This document shows, in pieces, positions 32,670-49,375 of a DNA stretch of 64,000 nt. Within the stretch, counting starts at the first letter, position 1. Each line of letters opens with the position of its first letter. This DNA is from the human T2T-CHM13v2.0 reference genome, Homo sapiens: the NCBI RefSeq assembly GCF_009914755.1, contig NC_060935.1. One strand, written 5' to 3'. The position numbers and the translations under genes were made by a program. Below the pieces are notes generated by a model. It had not been told where the DNA came from and ran no database searches. It saw only the letters and a program-made list of their open reading frames with translations.

Positions 32670-32975
32670 AGAAGTACAGGTGATCTGATATTGCACGTAG
32701 CATCTGAAATGAGGGCAGCCTGTGGCTCTGAGCCCTTAAACCTGAAGAGTCAGAGGCCAACTCTGAGTAGTTAGTGCTAATTGAATTGGATTGTTGGACA
32801 CCCAGTCAATTTCCAGAGACATGGAGAATTGGTTGGTGTGAGAAAACAACCCAAAAAGTTGGTGTCAGAAGTGCTGTAAGTAAAAACAGCTTACTTCTGG
32901 TAAAATGTACCCTACTAATTTTACTATTCTATTTATCTGGTAAAAAAAAATTAGTAGAATCTCATAGGTTCTGTG

Positions 32976-32977
<2 letters not shown>

Positions 32978-33008
<31 letters not shown>
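32978..33008. repeat. (GT)n microsatellite
   Basis: About 15 GT units. Confidence 0.95.
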
Positions 33009-33010
<2 letters not shown>

Positions 33011-34035
33011 CATGAGAAGTTTGGTTTGGTAGGTGCAGAAGTTTGGCTTTAGTGGATGTAGAAGTAAGTCTAGGGTTTTTTCCCTGAAATATTCCAGGTC
33101 TAGGTTTAGTCCTTGCTTTGTTCTTTCTCCTCGATATTCCATATTCCTTACTTCCTTCAAGTAAACTTCAAGTAAACTCACTGTTTTTGGAAACCAACAT
33201 TGACCTCATTCAACTCAGTTACCTCTACTTGGTTCAGTCAAATACTCCAGTGTTTAACACATTCTGTAAGGCAGTGGAGAGCTGTGGAAAGGTTTTAAAC
33301 CTTGAGAACATGGTAAAATTTACCACATGATTTTAGGTAATCACTTGGACCAGAGGTTGCATACCAGAGACTCAATGATAGAGGCTCTCTAGTGTAGTGC
33401 ACAAAAAGCGCAAGTTCTGGAGTCAGCCAAACCTGAGGCCACATCTGGTTTTCAACACTTATTGGATGTATAACCTTGAACAAGTTACTCATTCTCTCCA
33501 AGCCTACATTTCTTCATCAAGGGCAATAGAAATCATTTTCAGTTAAGTCATGTTTGTAAAGCACTTAATGCAAACACTGGCATGTAGAAAGCACTCAGTA
33601 AATAGTAACTAGTAAGTTAATTGCTGTGTTGTTCTGTGAATGTTTTCTTTGTTGTTTCATGAGTCTTAACTGGATTTTAAACTCCTGGTCTGCATCTGTC
33701 TCTTTTACTTCCCACTAAGGGCACCTGATACAGTGTCTGACTAGATTCCATCCTAGACTCATTCCTTTTAGTCCAGGGCTGACCTGGTACAGTCCTGATT
33801 AGAAGGTTACTCAAATGTCATCCCGTTCCAACTCTGGGGCAACCTTATGTCAAAGGAAGGTAGACTAGGCCAAGGTGGTCTTTGACATCCACTTCTTTCT
33901 TTTTCATGACCCTGAAACCTTAAACTAGGATCACTTTAGGCTTCCCCTTCTGGACTCACACCTCACTCAATGCCACACTCCCACGCCACTCTTCTCCTGT
34001 CCACCTAGAATGAGTCCCTCGTTAAAACTGACTCT

Positions 34036-34346
34036 GGCCCGGCACAGTGGCTCACGCATGTAATCCCAGCACTTTGGTTGGCCGAGGAGTGCGGATCACT
34101 TAAGGTCAGGAGTTCGAGACCAGCCTGGCCAACATGGTGAAACCTTGTCTCTACTAAAAATACAAAAATTAGCCAAGCATAGTAGCACAGGCCAGGAGTC
34201 CCAGCTACTTGGGAGGCTGAGGCATGAGAATTCCTTGAACCTGGGAGGCGGAGGTTGCAGTGAGCCGAGATCACACCATGCATTCAAGCCTGGGTGACAA
34301 AAGTGAGACTCCATCTCAAAAAAAAAAAAAAAGAAAGAAAGAAAAA
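34036..34346 (+). mobile_element. Alu (AluS)
   Basis: Dimer with A/(GAAA) tail. Confidence 0.95.
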
Positions 34347-35259
34347 CTCTGCCTTTCCAGCCCTATCTGCTCAGTAATTCATTGAATATGTTCAACAAAC
34401 TTTTGCTGAGTGCTTACAGCATTCTACAAACTGGGGAAATAAAATGGAAGAGCTACAGTCGTTACACTCCAGTAACACATGTTTTGCTTATGCTATAATA
34501 CAATTAGTGCTGGGATTAGTGAATTTCATCCCCAGAATTAGAACCACCTGTGAAGCTTTTAAAACTACAAATGCTTATGTCTCAGTTAATTTAGTAAATC
34601 TAGGTCAGACTCAGATATATAAAATCTCTGAAACTTTTTCGAAGATTTTACTAACAGCCAGGGTTAAGAACTACGGGATGTGTTGTGAGTAGAAAGGAGA
34701 TAGGGATCACGGAGTGTTGGATGAACTTCTTGTTGGAGCATTAAATTGCATGCTGAAGGATGTGTGGTTTTCCAGAGAGAGAAGAGCATTCTAGGAAGAG
34801 GAAAAGCATAAAGCCAAAACCTAAGGCCTTTGAATTTATCAGTATAATTTTTACTAATATATGAGTTGAAGAGCGTTAGAAAACCCACTGTTGAATAACA
34901 TTTATGCACACTAACTATAAACTTCTGAGCAAAATGTCCTTATTTTTATCCATCAATGCAGATGACACATACTATATTAACCATTTGTTTTCATGTTTAG
35001 TTTCTTCTACATATTAAGACCTTCTCAAAGGAGGGACATGTGACTTAGTATTTGTAACTCCACAATTGATACACAGTAGGTTTTTCAATCCATGTGTGTT
35101 AAATAAATGATGGTCATTATGTCATGATCTTAATAATGGGAGTTTCAAGTCAAGTGAAAGGAGAAATTTGGACGTGAGCTTTCAATTCCACTTGCAAAGC
35201 ATGTAAGTGATCACCTCTTCTTTGTCTGTGTTGTGACCCTGTTTTGAAATATTCAAAAA

Positions 35260-35429
35260 GGCTGGGCGTGTTGACTCATGCCTGTAATCTCAGCACTTCG
35301 GGAGGCCGATGCAGGTGGATTGCTTGAACCCAGAAGTTTGAGGCTACAGTGAGCTATAATCATGCCACAGCACTGAAGGCTGAGTGACAGAGCAAGACCT
35401 TATCTCTTAAAAAGAAAAAAGAAAAGAAA
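35260..35429 (+). mobile_element. Alu monomer (FRAM-like)
   Basis: Single arm ending gaggctacagtgagctataat...gacagagcaagacc; TSD-like aaata(t/c)tcaaaa. Confidence 0.85.
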
Positions 35430-35582
35430 TACTCAAAATGTATCCATTTATTTGACAAGAATTTATTGAGTTTCTCTTATATACTAGCCTTTCTATTTAT
35501 GTATTTGTTCTCAAAGTGATGTGAAATAATTTTTTAAAAATTATTTATAAGCTAATATTAGAGAAGGGAAGTTTGTACTTAT

Positions 35583-35697
35583 TATTTTTTTTTTGAGACA
35601 AAGTCTCACTCTGTTGTCCAGGCTGGAGTGCAGTGGTGCATTCTCAGCTTACTGCAACTTCTGCCTCACAGGTCCAAGTGACTCGTGCCTTAGCCTC
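35583..35697 (-). mobile_element. Alu, heavily 5'-truncated
   Basis: Only the 3' ~100 nt plus tail; TSD tgtacttatt on both sides. Confidence 0.88.
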
Positions 35698-38600
35698 TGT
35701 ACTTATTCTGACTATCAACCATGTGTTTGGTACTTTATATAGCTCCATGTCTGATCTGTAAAATATCATTTAATTTTTTGTCTTCACATCAGTCTTGAAA
35801 ATAATCTTTCCCCTCCCACCACCATTTTTACAGAGAAGGGAGCTGACACTCCGAAGGTGCAAAGTCCAAGATCATATGACTCATGGACAGAAGCACCAAG
35901 ATGTGGACCTAGCTTTGTCTTCCTTCAAAGCCCAGGCCTTTTTCCTCATACTATACCATCTCTTGGGTTGGATCTGTGAGCAAGGCCAGGTCTGAATGAT
36001 TAAAAAGTCACTATTCAACCAACTGAGCCCACATGGCACACAGCATCAAAATGCTCACTTTAGCAAATTATCCCAAAGATAATTGCCATAACTTGATCAA
36101 CTTCTTACCACGAATTCAGCAGTCTTGGAAATACAGTTTATGATTGAATCTATGAGCATGAAATGAAATGTAGGTTTTTTCAGTTTTTAAACAAAACTGG
36201 ATAACTCTTATTGGCTTTTTTTTTTTTTCTGGTTTTGCTTGTTTTTAGGCCATTTCCTCCAACTGCTATTACTTCTAAACAACATAACCTAGAGTGTGTT
36301 AGCAATTATCTGGTTAATCTGACCAGCGTGAACATCCAGCCTACATAAAAATAATACTGAATTGACAACCAGAAAGTAAACTAGGGTGAAATTCAAAATT
36401 AGATTTCAAAATTATTAGGTCACACCATCACTAGGCCAAAAGTCTTGAGAAATTTATCCAAGTAGTTCACAATCATGGGTAGATATGGGGGCAGAAGAGG
36501 AGGATGGGATGGAGAACTAGTTAGTGTTCCCTTGTCGGGAATGAAAGGATTGTATGATATACACTATTCTCTACAGGGTATGCAGATATTCTCCCAAGAG
36601 CACTTCCATGCTGTGGCACTGGCTGGGCCATAGTACCAGAAAGGTGGTTCACAGACAGACTCAAAACTCTGGACTCTATGTGGAATGTTTATGGGCTCTT
36701 CATCCTCAGACCTTACCCTTTAATCCTTTCTTTTGGATCTATTTCCTATCTAGTGCCAGGGTTCTATGTGCATGAAATCTTGACTGTCCCTCTTGGGGAG
36801 TCCATGGCAAGATATGCTGGAAGCGGCGGAAGGTCCAGGGCAGTGACTCTGCCTCTAACCTCTAGGTAACCACCCAGATAGAAGGAGTCTCCTCAAGATA
36901 GGAAAGGCGTCAGATGTTCTAGCTCAGTTCTGGGACAGTGGTTCACCATTAGTGGATAGGAATTTTCTTTAGTCAGTCACTGAGTAGCACAACCCACATG
37001 TTCTCTAACTCAGGCTGTAGGGAAGGTCCTCCAAGTCCTTGACAAAGTTCTTCAGGAAACTGAGGAAATGGGCCTAATAAAAATTTAACTGTTGGTAGAC
37101 TATGAAAGCCCAAGAGTATGATTAGTGCATTGGGGAGAATATTAGTTATAACTTTGCCTGCGAAGTACCCCCCTCTTCTTTAGGGCACACAGCCTCAGCA
37201 AGCAGGGCGATGCGGTCGAAGAAAAGAAGCCAGAACTCAATGGGGCAGTGTTGAACCCCAAAACCAGAGAATACCACTGGGAGCAACAGTAGGAAAACAG
37301 AGCAGAGCCTGTGAGGCAGTGAAATTGAGAGATGGGCACTCCCAGATTCTGGGTACTTCATGTACACCTGGGATATGTGCAGCCATCCTAGAACCTGCCT
37401 AGAAAGGAAGCACTTGAGGGACTAGTGTTCCTGCTCAAAACTGCCTGGGTACAAATTTGCTTCCTTAAAGTGGCTTGCCATTGATTCGTTCTCATTCATT
37501 ATGCATTGGGTTGTTATTGTTTTTGTTGTTTTATCAAGTCTCAAGTTCTGTTGGTGTCTGTGTTCTACCCGCACTTATCTAGTGAGGTTGAAAATAAATA
37601 ACAGACATTTAACAAGGCAGTAGAGCAAAAATGGTTAATAGTTTGGGCTCTGGATCTAGAAGACTTCATATTGTGACTCTGCCATTTCCTATCTATATAT
37701 CCATGGGCAAATTTCTTAACCTTAATTTCCCTAAGACTCAATTTTCCCATCACTAAAATTAGAATAATAACTGTCACAAAATTATTATGAGGATTAAATA
37801 AGATGGATATATGTGAAGTGCTTAGATCTGTGACTACATATAGTAACTCTCAATAAATGCTATTCTTTATTATCATTATTATTAGGGTTTTAAGGTTCAC
37901 AGAGCACTGTCATATGTATTTTCTCATTGGAATTAATTAGTGTTGACATACAATGCAAGTTAGGGGTGCGAAAGTAGATGGATAAGGGAAGAGACTGGTG
38001 AATGAGAGGTCCCTTCTTCCTCCTTGCTCTGGCATCTAACGTTAGATTAAATTTCTAAGCCGTGCCCGAACTCTGGATCTCATGCTCTCTCCTTTTCTCT
38101 CCCACTGGCTTTCCTCTTCCATCCTCTTAACTCTGTGGCTGGAATGTCCCGACGTGAGGCTCATCACTGCTCCAGCACAACCCCCTCCCCTTCACTTCGT
38201 CATCCAACCTTTCTCCATCTCAATCAGAAGATAGCTAAACCCCATTGAGGGCAGCAGGTGCACAGCCCACAGTGCTCACTGTTGGAGCAGGGCCTCTCTG
38301 GAGGAAATGCCCAGAGCAGTGGGAGGACTGGGAGAAAGCCTCAGTGTCACCCACAATGTTTCCCTGTTTCCTCTTCCTTGGGACTCCCCTTGTGGTGTGG
38401 CTGGGGAAATCCAGCCCAGTCATCTCTGAACTAAGAGCTTGATCTTCCAGTCTGGTTGCTTTGGGTGGGTAGAGCAGGCTGAAGTGACTGTCCCCACCCA
38501 CACCCAACATTTCATGTTCATCTACTCAAACCCTCCAAAATGTTCTGTTCTTTTGGAGGACCACCCCTGCAATCTCCCAAATTAGCCAGAATGACAGATT

Positions 38601-38728
38601 CACACATGGAGCAGTTATGTTTGGCATACTTTTTCTGTAAGGTCCTCTAGTCACTATTAAAGATGATCACCCCTACTGGTTTCCCCTCCAGACTCCTGAG
38701 AATCACTGAGAGAGGTGGTTGTGGCTCA

Positions 38729-39098
<370 letters not shown>

Positions 39099-40069
39099 TT
39101 AGCACTCTGGAGTGGGCAAAAAGAAAAAAAAGAGGTTAATTAGTAGCATATAATCAATAATGCATTAAATCAGTAGATGAACCATGGAAACTGAAAATTC
39201 CCTGTGCCACCAAAGTCCCTTTCTTTTGAATGCCCTTCACCTTGCTTATGGCTGATGATGAGGTCAGAAGTCTTTCTACTGGGGCTTCTGTCTACAGCCT
39301 CCACCAGGTGCCTCTGATCCATTTTTGCCTCTAGCGCTTGACTTGGACCTCAGCTGTGGATTCTGCTTCTACTTGTGCCACCTCAGACGCATCCTCAATT
39401 GAGTTTTCAGCTACTTAAAAAGTTTGAAACTCACAGCCTACATGCAGAACATTCAAACTCTTAACCTACAGGAAGTCCAAAATCTGCACGTCAGTTCCCT
39501 TGGTATAGATGCCCTTTTCATCTCCGGATCCAATATATTAACCCTAGCTATCAAGTTTTTTTCCAGGAAATGAAACCAACTTCTGGGTTGGTGCCTTTGA
39601 AAGATCCTTAAACATAATCACATGTGCGAAGACCTTTTTCCCAAACAAGGCAACATTTGCAAGTTCCAAGGATATCTTTGAATGGCCATTACCCAGCTGA
39701 CTACAGCTGCTATCATTGGCTGAGCTGGAGGATCTGTGGACTAATAGTAAGAAGGGATGGGGGAAAATCTTCCAAGAAATAGACGACTATATTGAAAGCA
39801 ATTAATCTCTGGATGAGTTATTTCTTTCTGTACAATTTTTCTCCATTTTCTAAGCTCAAAGCAATGCACAGTTAATACTTGTATAATAAGAAGTATTATA
39901 GGGGAAAAAATTGTAATGTAGATCATTTATTGACATTGAAATAGTTCCGTAATCACTAAATGAAAAAAAAAGCTACAAAACAATGTAAATTTTGATGATT
40001 TTTGTTTTAAAATATACACACACATAAAGTAAAAAATAGTGAAAGTGCATGCATCAAAATGTTAATAGT

Positions 40070-40371
40070 AGCCGGGCCTGGTGGCTCACGCCTGTAATCC
40101 TAACACCTTGGGAGGCTGAGGCAGGAGGATTGCTTGAGCCCAGGAGTTCAAGACCAGCTAGGGCAACACAGGGATACCTTGTCTCTACAAAAAATTTAAA
40201 AATTTAGCCAGGCATGGTGGTGTGTGCCTGTAGTTTCAGTTACTCAGGAGGCTGAGGTGGGAGGATCGTTTGATCCTGGGAGGTTGAGGCTGCAGCAAGC
40301 CACGATTATGCCATGGTACTGCAGCCTGGGCAACAGAGCCAGACCTTATCTCAAAGAAAAATTTTAAAAAA
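40070..40371 (+). mobile_element. Alu (AluJ)
   Basis: aggattgcttgagcccaggag; TSD gttaatagt. Confidence 0.93.
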
Positions 40372-40518
40372 AGTTAATAGTGCTTACCTTTGAGTTGTAG
40401 AATTATGACTAATTTTTGTTTTACATTGTATTTCTGGTGTTTTCAAATTTTCTGCATCAATTACTCATAAATTTTATAATGAGATAAAAAGATAAGTATT
40501 ATTTTTAAAAATAAGAGA

Positions 40519-40830
40519 GGCCAGGCATAGTGGCTTATGCCTGTACTCCTAGCACTTTGGGAGGCTGAGGCAGGAGGATCACTTGATCTCAGAAGTCTGA
40601 GACCAGCCCAGACAACATAGTGAGACTCCATCTCTACAAAAAAATTATTTTAAAAAAATTAGCTGGACTTGTGGCATGCAACCACAGTGCCAGCTACTTG
40701 GGAGACTGAAGTGGAAGGATCACTTGAGCCTGGGAGGTCGAGGCTGCAGTGAGCCATGATCGTAGCTACTGTACTCCAGCCTGTGTGACAGAGCAAGACC
40801 CTGCCTTTAAATAATAAATAAATAGAATAA
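40519..40830 (+). mobile_element. Alu (AluJ)
   Basis: AluJ diagnostics; TSD aaaata(a/g)gaga. Confidence 0.93.
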
Positions 40831-42121
40831 AATAGGAGATATTAGAAATTAGAAGTATGTAAATGATAGGATAAGAAGTTATTGTGTTAGAACCCATAGG
40901 CCTTCATATTAAATTATTTTAATATCAGATGGCATGCTAGAATAATAAGGTGACTCCTATAACTGGAACCATAGAATAGAATTTTTTAAATGCTCTCTGA
41001 ATGTATAAAGAAAAAATAAGATTTAATTGTGACATTCTGACACCCACATGCTAGGGTAAGTTCAACACCTGTGCAGGCTGCCTTCCCTCCCAGACAGTTG
41101 TGTCTGAACACCACCGTGGACTAAAACTAACAAAACTAACAATTTATGATATTGGCACCCTTCTTCCCTATGTCATTCACAGGTCTGCTTCATTCCTACG
41201 GATTAAACACCTCTCCAGGATCCTAGATTCAAGCCATTGCTTCTCGCATTTCCACCTTCTCACTCCTAAATTAAATGAGGGCTGGCTCTGTCCAAGAACA
41301 CAATCTTTACTTTGTAGAGAAGGTATCTACCTCACAATTGGCTTTGCATTTCTCCAAATTCCAGACTTCTGCTGGCAGGATGTTCTAGTCCCAAAAGTGA
41401 CTCCTGGCGAGGCCAGATTCTGTTCCCACCATAAGGGATGGAGCCTCACAAATATGCAGCTATGTGCCTTTGTAGTCTCAGCCTCTCAAGAGTACATTTT
41501 CTTTAGAAATAGTTATCCATCTCTGCCTGTTGGTAATCACTAATTAAAGGTTTGGGTAAGATTTCCTCGCAGCAAGAATCCTGCTATGAATTTCCTTCCT
41601 CCTAAATCTTAGTCCCTTGCGAGACCACACCAGATGCCAATCTTGTACAATTAGGAGGTGGATTCAGAATCTGCCAGGATTCTGAATCCTGCATGTGACT
41701 GCACAAGCTTCTCATCCAACACATACACAGAGGACGCTGGACAAACGCCTATGCTTTGCTGCCAGTTCATGCTGGGCTCCAAACCCTATCAGATCTCTTG
41801 CCTCAGCAGCTGGACTGAACAAAGTGGACTCCCTGAGGTTACTTTTGCCCTCCTGACTTGAGAACGTCCCAGACACCAATCCCAAGGCAGTGAAGAGATG
41901 AAAAGATGAAAGCATTACAAGAATTAACAAAAGCCGAGTCGCCAGAGGTCACTGACGGGGAAAGTCTCTCAGCCCACTTCTGTTTATAACCACTTTATTC
42001 CTTCAACAGAATCCCCTGCAGAATCATTTCTCTAAAACCTCCATCTATATCTGAAATCCCCATTTTGTCCTGGAGTCTCTTCAGAGATCTTTTTTCTTTG
42101 GAAGGAAGGACGGAAGCCTTG

Positions 42122-42139
42122 AGCACCCCCTGGAGGTAG
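42122..42139 (-). promoter_or_regulatory. CTCF-like motif
   Basis: Minus strand CCTCCAGGGGGTGCT versus core CCACCAGGGGGCGCT. Confidence 0.4.
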
Positions 42140-43597
42140 GCGTGTGCTAGTAAGCGTCTCCTTGGACTGTGGTTCTTTTTGTACCAGTTGGTAGTAGCTT
42201 TCGTACCAGTTCGTTGATACTTTTGTCACCTGGATTGCTGACTTTCGCTGGTTTCCAGTGCTGCCTCTAGGTGACCTATCTACAACTTCTATGACAGCTG
42301 ACTGTCATAGGGGCTTCCACCTTCTTTGTATTCTAGCCTTGATAAGGGGAAGGATCCCTTGCCCTGCTGCAGAAATAAAACAGCCTGTTTCTCAGCCTTG
42401 TCCTCCATTTTCTCCTGTAAGACAGTTTGTTACTCATACAATTCTACTTGACATCTCTCCAACTTGCGTTGCTCCCTTCTTCTGTATCCTTATTACTGCT
42501 CTTCAATTTGTGTAAAATTATTGTCCTACCTTCAGCCCTTATCCTTATGAAAACCTTTTCCATTCTTTAAAAGCCCAGTTCACTGGCCACTTTCCCCACA
42601 CCTACCTCTGAAATCCTGTAAAACTTATTTACAAAGTTCTTATCATACACTGCCTTGTATTTTAGTTATATCTGTATATATTATCTTACTGTATCCAACC
42701 AATTACCCAGCACGGTGTCTAAGATGCAGTATTCAGTTAATAATCATTAGATAAAAGTTGAATTAAGTTGTTGAGGGCTGTTTTCAAACACCCAATTTTC
42801 TAAGAATAGAGAAAACATTACTGTTAAAGATGAAAAAATACAAAGAAAGGAAGAAATAGAAGAAAGAGATGGGGCAGACAGAGATACAGGAAAGAATGGT
42901 GACTATGTAACTATAAGTCATGACGAATTCTCTCCTGAGAATACCAGTATGTTATAGAAAGAACACTGACTAAGTGTCAGAAAACTCAGCTCAAGTCCCA
43001 TTTGGTTTTTAATGAACTGAATGATCACTAACCTACTCTCTGGGCCTCAGCGTTTTCTCTAAAGAACCAAAGCAGTGGGTTATATGACCTCTGAAGTTTA
43101 TTACCATGTTGACATTGTATGACCATCTCTCTATTCAAGCATAGTGGTAGGATGGCGCTCAGATTGCACCTGTCACAGAGACTGGCATACTATGTGTGCT
43201 AATAAGTGCCAGTTCCTCTTTTCTTCGCACATAATGGAAATATTCTGCAACATTCTCAATTTTAATAAGGAGAAAAGTTCATCTTTATCCATTGAGGATA
43301 ACATGGTAAAAGAGAATTGTACTACGTATTTAATTTAATTTTATGGAAGAATTTTTCAGTGGTTAAGTCTATTTTTAATTCCAGGTCTTGCCATATGCTG
43401 TTTCAAGGGGAAGCTTCTATTCTACAACAAACTACTTTTTGAGTCAAATGAAGAACTGAAAAATAGTTAGGCTTAAACAAATTCTTAGTCAACCACATCA
43501 TGGTCTGGAAAGACACAAAAATCATTTGGCAAAGATTGCTCTAAATACAGTGAGAAAGGAGAAAGGCAGCAGGTGATGCCAATCAAAAAGGAGAATG

Positions 43598-43945
<348 letters not shown>

Positions 43946-45089
43946 TCAGATTAATATGTGTAGGAACAACTTTTGTATCCGTGATTTTAAAGGAATAAGG
44001 AGTTCTATTTGTGGGACTTTTCACATTTACTAAACTTTAGTTCTTTATTTTTCTAAAAACTGATTTAATTTCACTATTTTATCAGGATGTTTTCCTGACT
44101 TACTTAAAAGAAGTCTAAACTACCTGCCATTCCTGCAAAAACATGGTGTTCTTTCACTCGTCTGTGTTTTTGTGGGTGCTGTTTCCTTCTCCTGGAAGTC
44201 CTCCCTCCTATTCTACCCTCCAAAACCTATTTTAAATCTCTGTGAAGACATGCTGTACTCCAGTCAGCAAAGTAAGTTGCTCCACTGTGGTCCACCAGTC
44301 TTGGCTCATAGCTCTCTTATTTTCATAATCACTGAGGCCCTCACTGGGTGAACACCAGTTACACCCAGTTGGGCATCAGTGTAGGATTTGAGGAGGAAGC
44401 TGATTAGGACACCAGCACTCAATTATAAGAAGCTAGGAGCCTTTCTTTATTGAACATCTAATACTATTATCTGTTAAAAAACTTTATTTAATGTTTTCCT
44501 CTGATGCTGTTCTGAGTATATTCTGAGAGGCTCTTAATAGAAGTGAAATTGTGTGGGGGAGTGGGGGGGGGATCTACAAGAGGAGGGTGCTGAGATAGGA
44601 GGGTAAAGATAAGAAACTCCAGTCCCAGAAGTCTTTGCAAGATGCAAGATCTAAGTTTACCCATTCCCATATTCTCACTTAGTTGACCTTTTATGGTTCT
44701 TCAGATTTCAGCTTCCTCAGGAAAGTGTTTCATGATCTTTCTTTTGAGAACAATCACAACATCATAAACCTCTCATCCATAGTATTTAACATAGTTGTAA
44801 ATGTATCTGTATATGTGATTTTTTGATGGGCATCTGTTTCCACTAGCAGACTCATGAAAATAGAGACTTATATCTGGTTTTGCTCACCATTATTCTCTAG
44901 GATAAAACCTGGTACATAGTACGATTTCAATATTAGCAGAGCAAATTAATATTGTTGCATAAAAGGCAGTAGGGTAAACCAAATTGAAACATGGATTTGA
45001 AGGAACTGCTTAAAGTAACTTATCAGTATTGCTAATCATCAACGACAGAATCCGACAGGTTTGAGAATTTTGTGAAACGGCATGAAAGC

Positions 45090-45879
45090 TTTTTCCCTCC
45101 TGACAACAAACATATGGTATCTTTTCCAACATCACTTCTTCAGCTCTCTGACATCAATTGACTGTCCAACAATTCAATTAATTTCTGACATTATCTACCT
45201 GGAGTTAGCATCAGATCCCATAATTCAAAGGGTTCAGTCCTACAAGACTGCCCCCACTTCAAATGCTGTTTGCAAGTTTTGGGCCACCAGTACTTCTGAC
45301 TAACCAGCTGTAAATCAGGGTTCCTTTGACCCCCTCCTCATGTTTGACAATTTGCTAGAAAGCTCACACAACTTAAAAAGGCACTTTGCTTATGTTTACT
45401 GGTTTATTATAAAGGATACAAATGAACAGCCAGATGGAGAAGTATATAAGGTGAGATTCAGAAGGGAATGTGCAGGAGCATCTGTCCCCGTGGAGCTGGG
45501 GTGCACCACCCTCCCAGTACGTTGGGTGTTCACCATCCTGGAAGCTCCCTAAACCCCATTGTTTAGGGGGTTTTTGTGAAGGTTTCATTACATAGGCATG
45601 GTTGATTAAATCATTGGGAAATGGTAAACAAATTTCATCTCCAACCCCTCTCTCCTCCTTGGAGGCTGAGGGTTAGGGCTAAAATTCCAAGCTTCTAACC
45701 AAGGCTTAGATATTCTGGCAATCAGCCCCCATTCTGAAGCAGCTGTCTAGGGGCCAAGAGCTGCTTCATTAGAACAAAAGATCCTCGCATCATCCTTATT
45801 ACCCAGGAAATTCCAAGGGTTTTAGGAGCTCTGTGCCAGGAACAGGGACAATAACCAAATATATTCCTACGGTACCACA
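45090..45879 (-). mobile_element. MER21-type LTR (second copy, opposite orientation)
   Basis: cctggagttagcatcagatccc...ggagctggggtgcaccaccctcccag...gggttttaggagctctgtgccaggaac...taccaca. Confidence 0.8.
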
Positions 45880-47242
45880 GGGTGGCAATAAATTTAAAAG
45901 TGTACATTTAAGGGTATATACAGTTAATAAGTAGGCTGTAATCATGATGCCAACAATGTTGTTAACCAAGGTTTCAAGGTAATGACAAATCATTAGGTTG
46001 CACTTGCATTTCATTGTAATTTATTAATACTAACTTCTTGAATAGACATATTAATGACATCAGCATGCCTTCACTCAGTAATTACAACCCTCTCCTTCCC
46101 ACTCCATCTAGCCCCAACACCATCTTATTCTGAGTCATTTATTTGATAATTAGATGTACAGACACCCATGAGAATATGTAGCTAAATAAAAATTCTGATG
46201 CTGTGTTCCTGATAGCTTTTCTAAGGAGGCAGAGATAGATGACTTTTAACAACCATGGCCCATTCACAAGACTTACAAGTTTAGACCTCAACTTCCTTTG
46301 CTTTTCCTATTCTCCAACACTTAACATAGTAAAACATACTTTCTGGTACAAACTATAAATAAGTTGACAATTTAAAGGAATAAGTTAGACCTTATCAACC
46401 TATATACTGCAACTCAACTCAAAACTGATACTGACAGAGTAATAGAAAGCAAATCACATACAATCTATAGATTGAGACATTCAGTCATTAATTCCCTCAA
46501 CAAATATGTGTTGAATGCCTCCTATATACCTGACTCTAGACATATAGGAGACCTATACGAGGTGTATAGGACATGAAGTGAATTCAACATGTAACCTGCT
46601 TTCATAAAACTCCCAATCCTGTTGAGGAGAGAAAAAAATCCATAATTAAAACTAAGATAAAAGAAGGGTTCTACTAAAGTGTAGGAAAAAGGCAACCAAC
46701 TCAGGTTAGGTGGCTAGGAGAGATTTTCCTGGCAAGCTACGTTTTGAAGGATGAGCTAAATGAAAAGAGTGAGGTAGGAATAAGAGGGGATTTTAAACAA
46801 AAGGAAACATATATTATGGAGATCACAACTTAACCAGTAAGCTGTCATTTATTACACGTCTCCTTAAAAAGTTTCAACCTGTGAACATTCAGAAATACAA
46901 AGCTCTGCTCTGGAGCAAAGATACATCAACTATTTCAGGCATGCCAGGAGTTAGTGGTCAGGTAGGGTCATTTTAGCCCTAGCCATGTGACCATTGGGTT
47001 ATTCCTCAGTCTAATGCCTACCATGAGTGAAGTCGGCAGAGCAAGGACTTGAAGTAAGCTGGAGGTAAGCTGGAGTGTGAAGTGTGAAATGAACTGTATG
47101 TGCCCCTTGCAAGGGTGAGCAGCCACAGTGCCAGCTGATGTTACCTTGTCAGAATGTAGCTTCAGTATTGCTATGGCTTTGTTTTTCTTTCAACTTGCAA
47201 ATGCTGATAACTAATACAAAATTTTAAACTGTTGTCTGCAAA

Positions 47243-49375
<2,133 letters not shown>

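Larger units (their letters stand above)
29858..32885 (+). mobile_element. MER21-type LTR split by AluY and L1MA
   Basis: cagattcctggcacacagctcc...gattgagttcaatcaccaatgg...cacaccccagctccatgg; resumes at 32687 and runs to ttggtgtcagaagtg. Confidence 0.8.

Noticed and set aside
41100-41543. 147-aa ORF
   Set aside because: Non-ATG start, no recognisable domain or coding-like composition.
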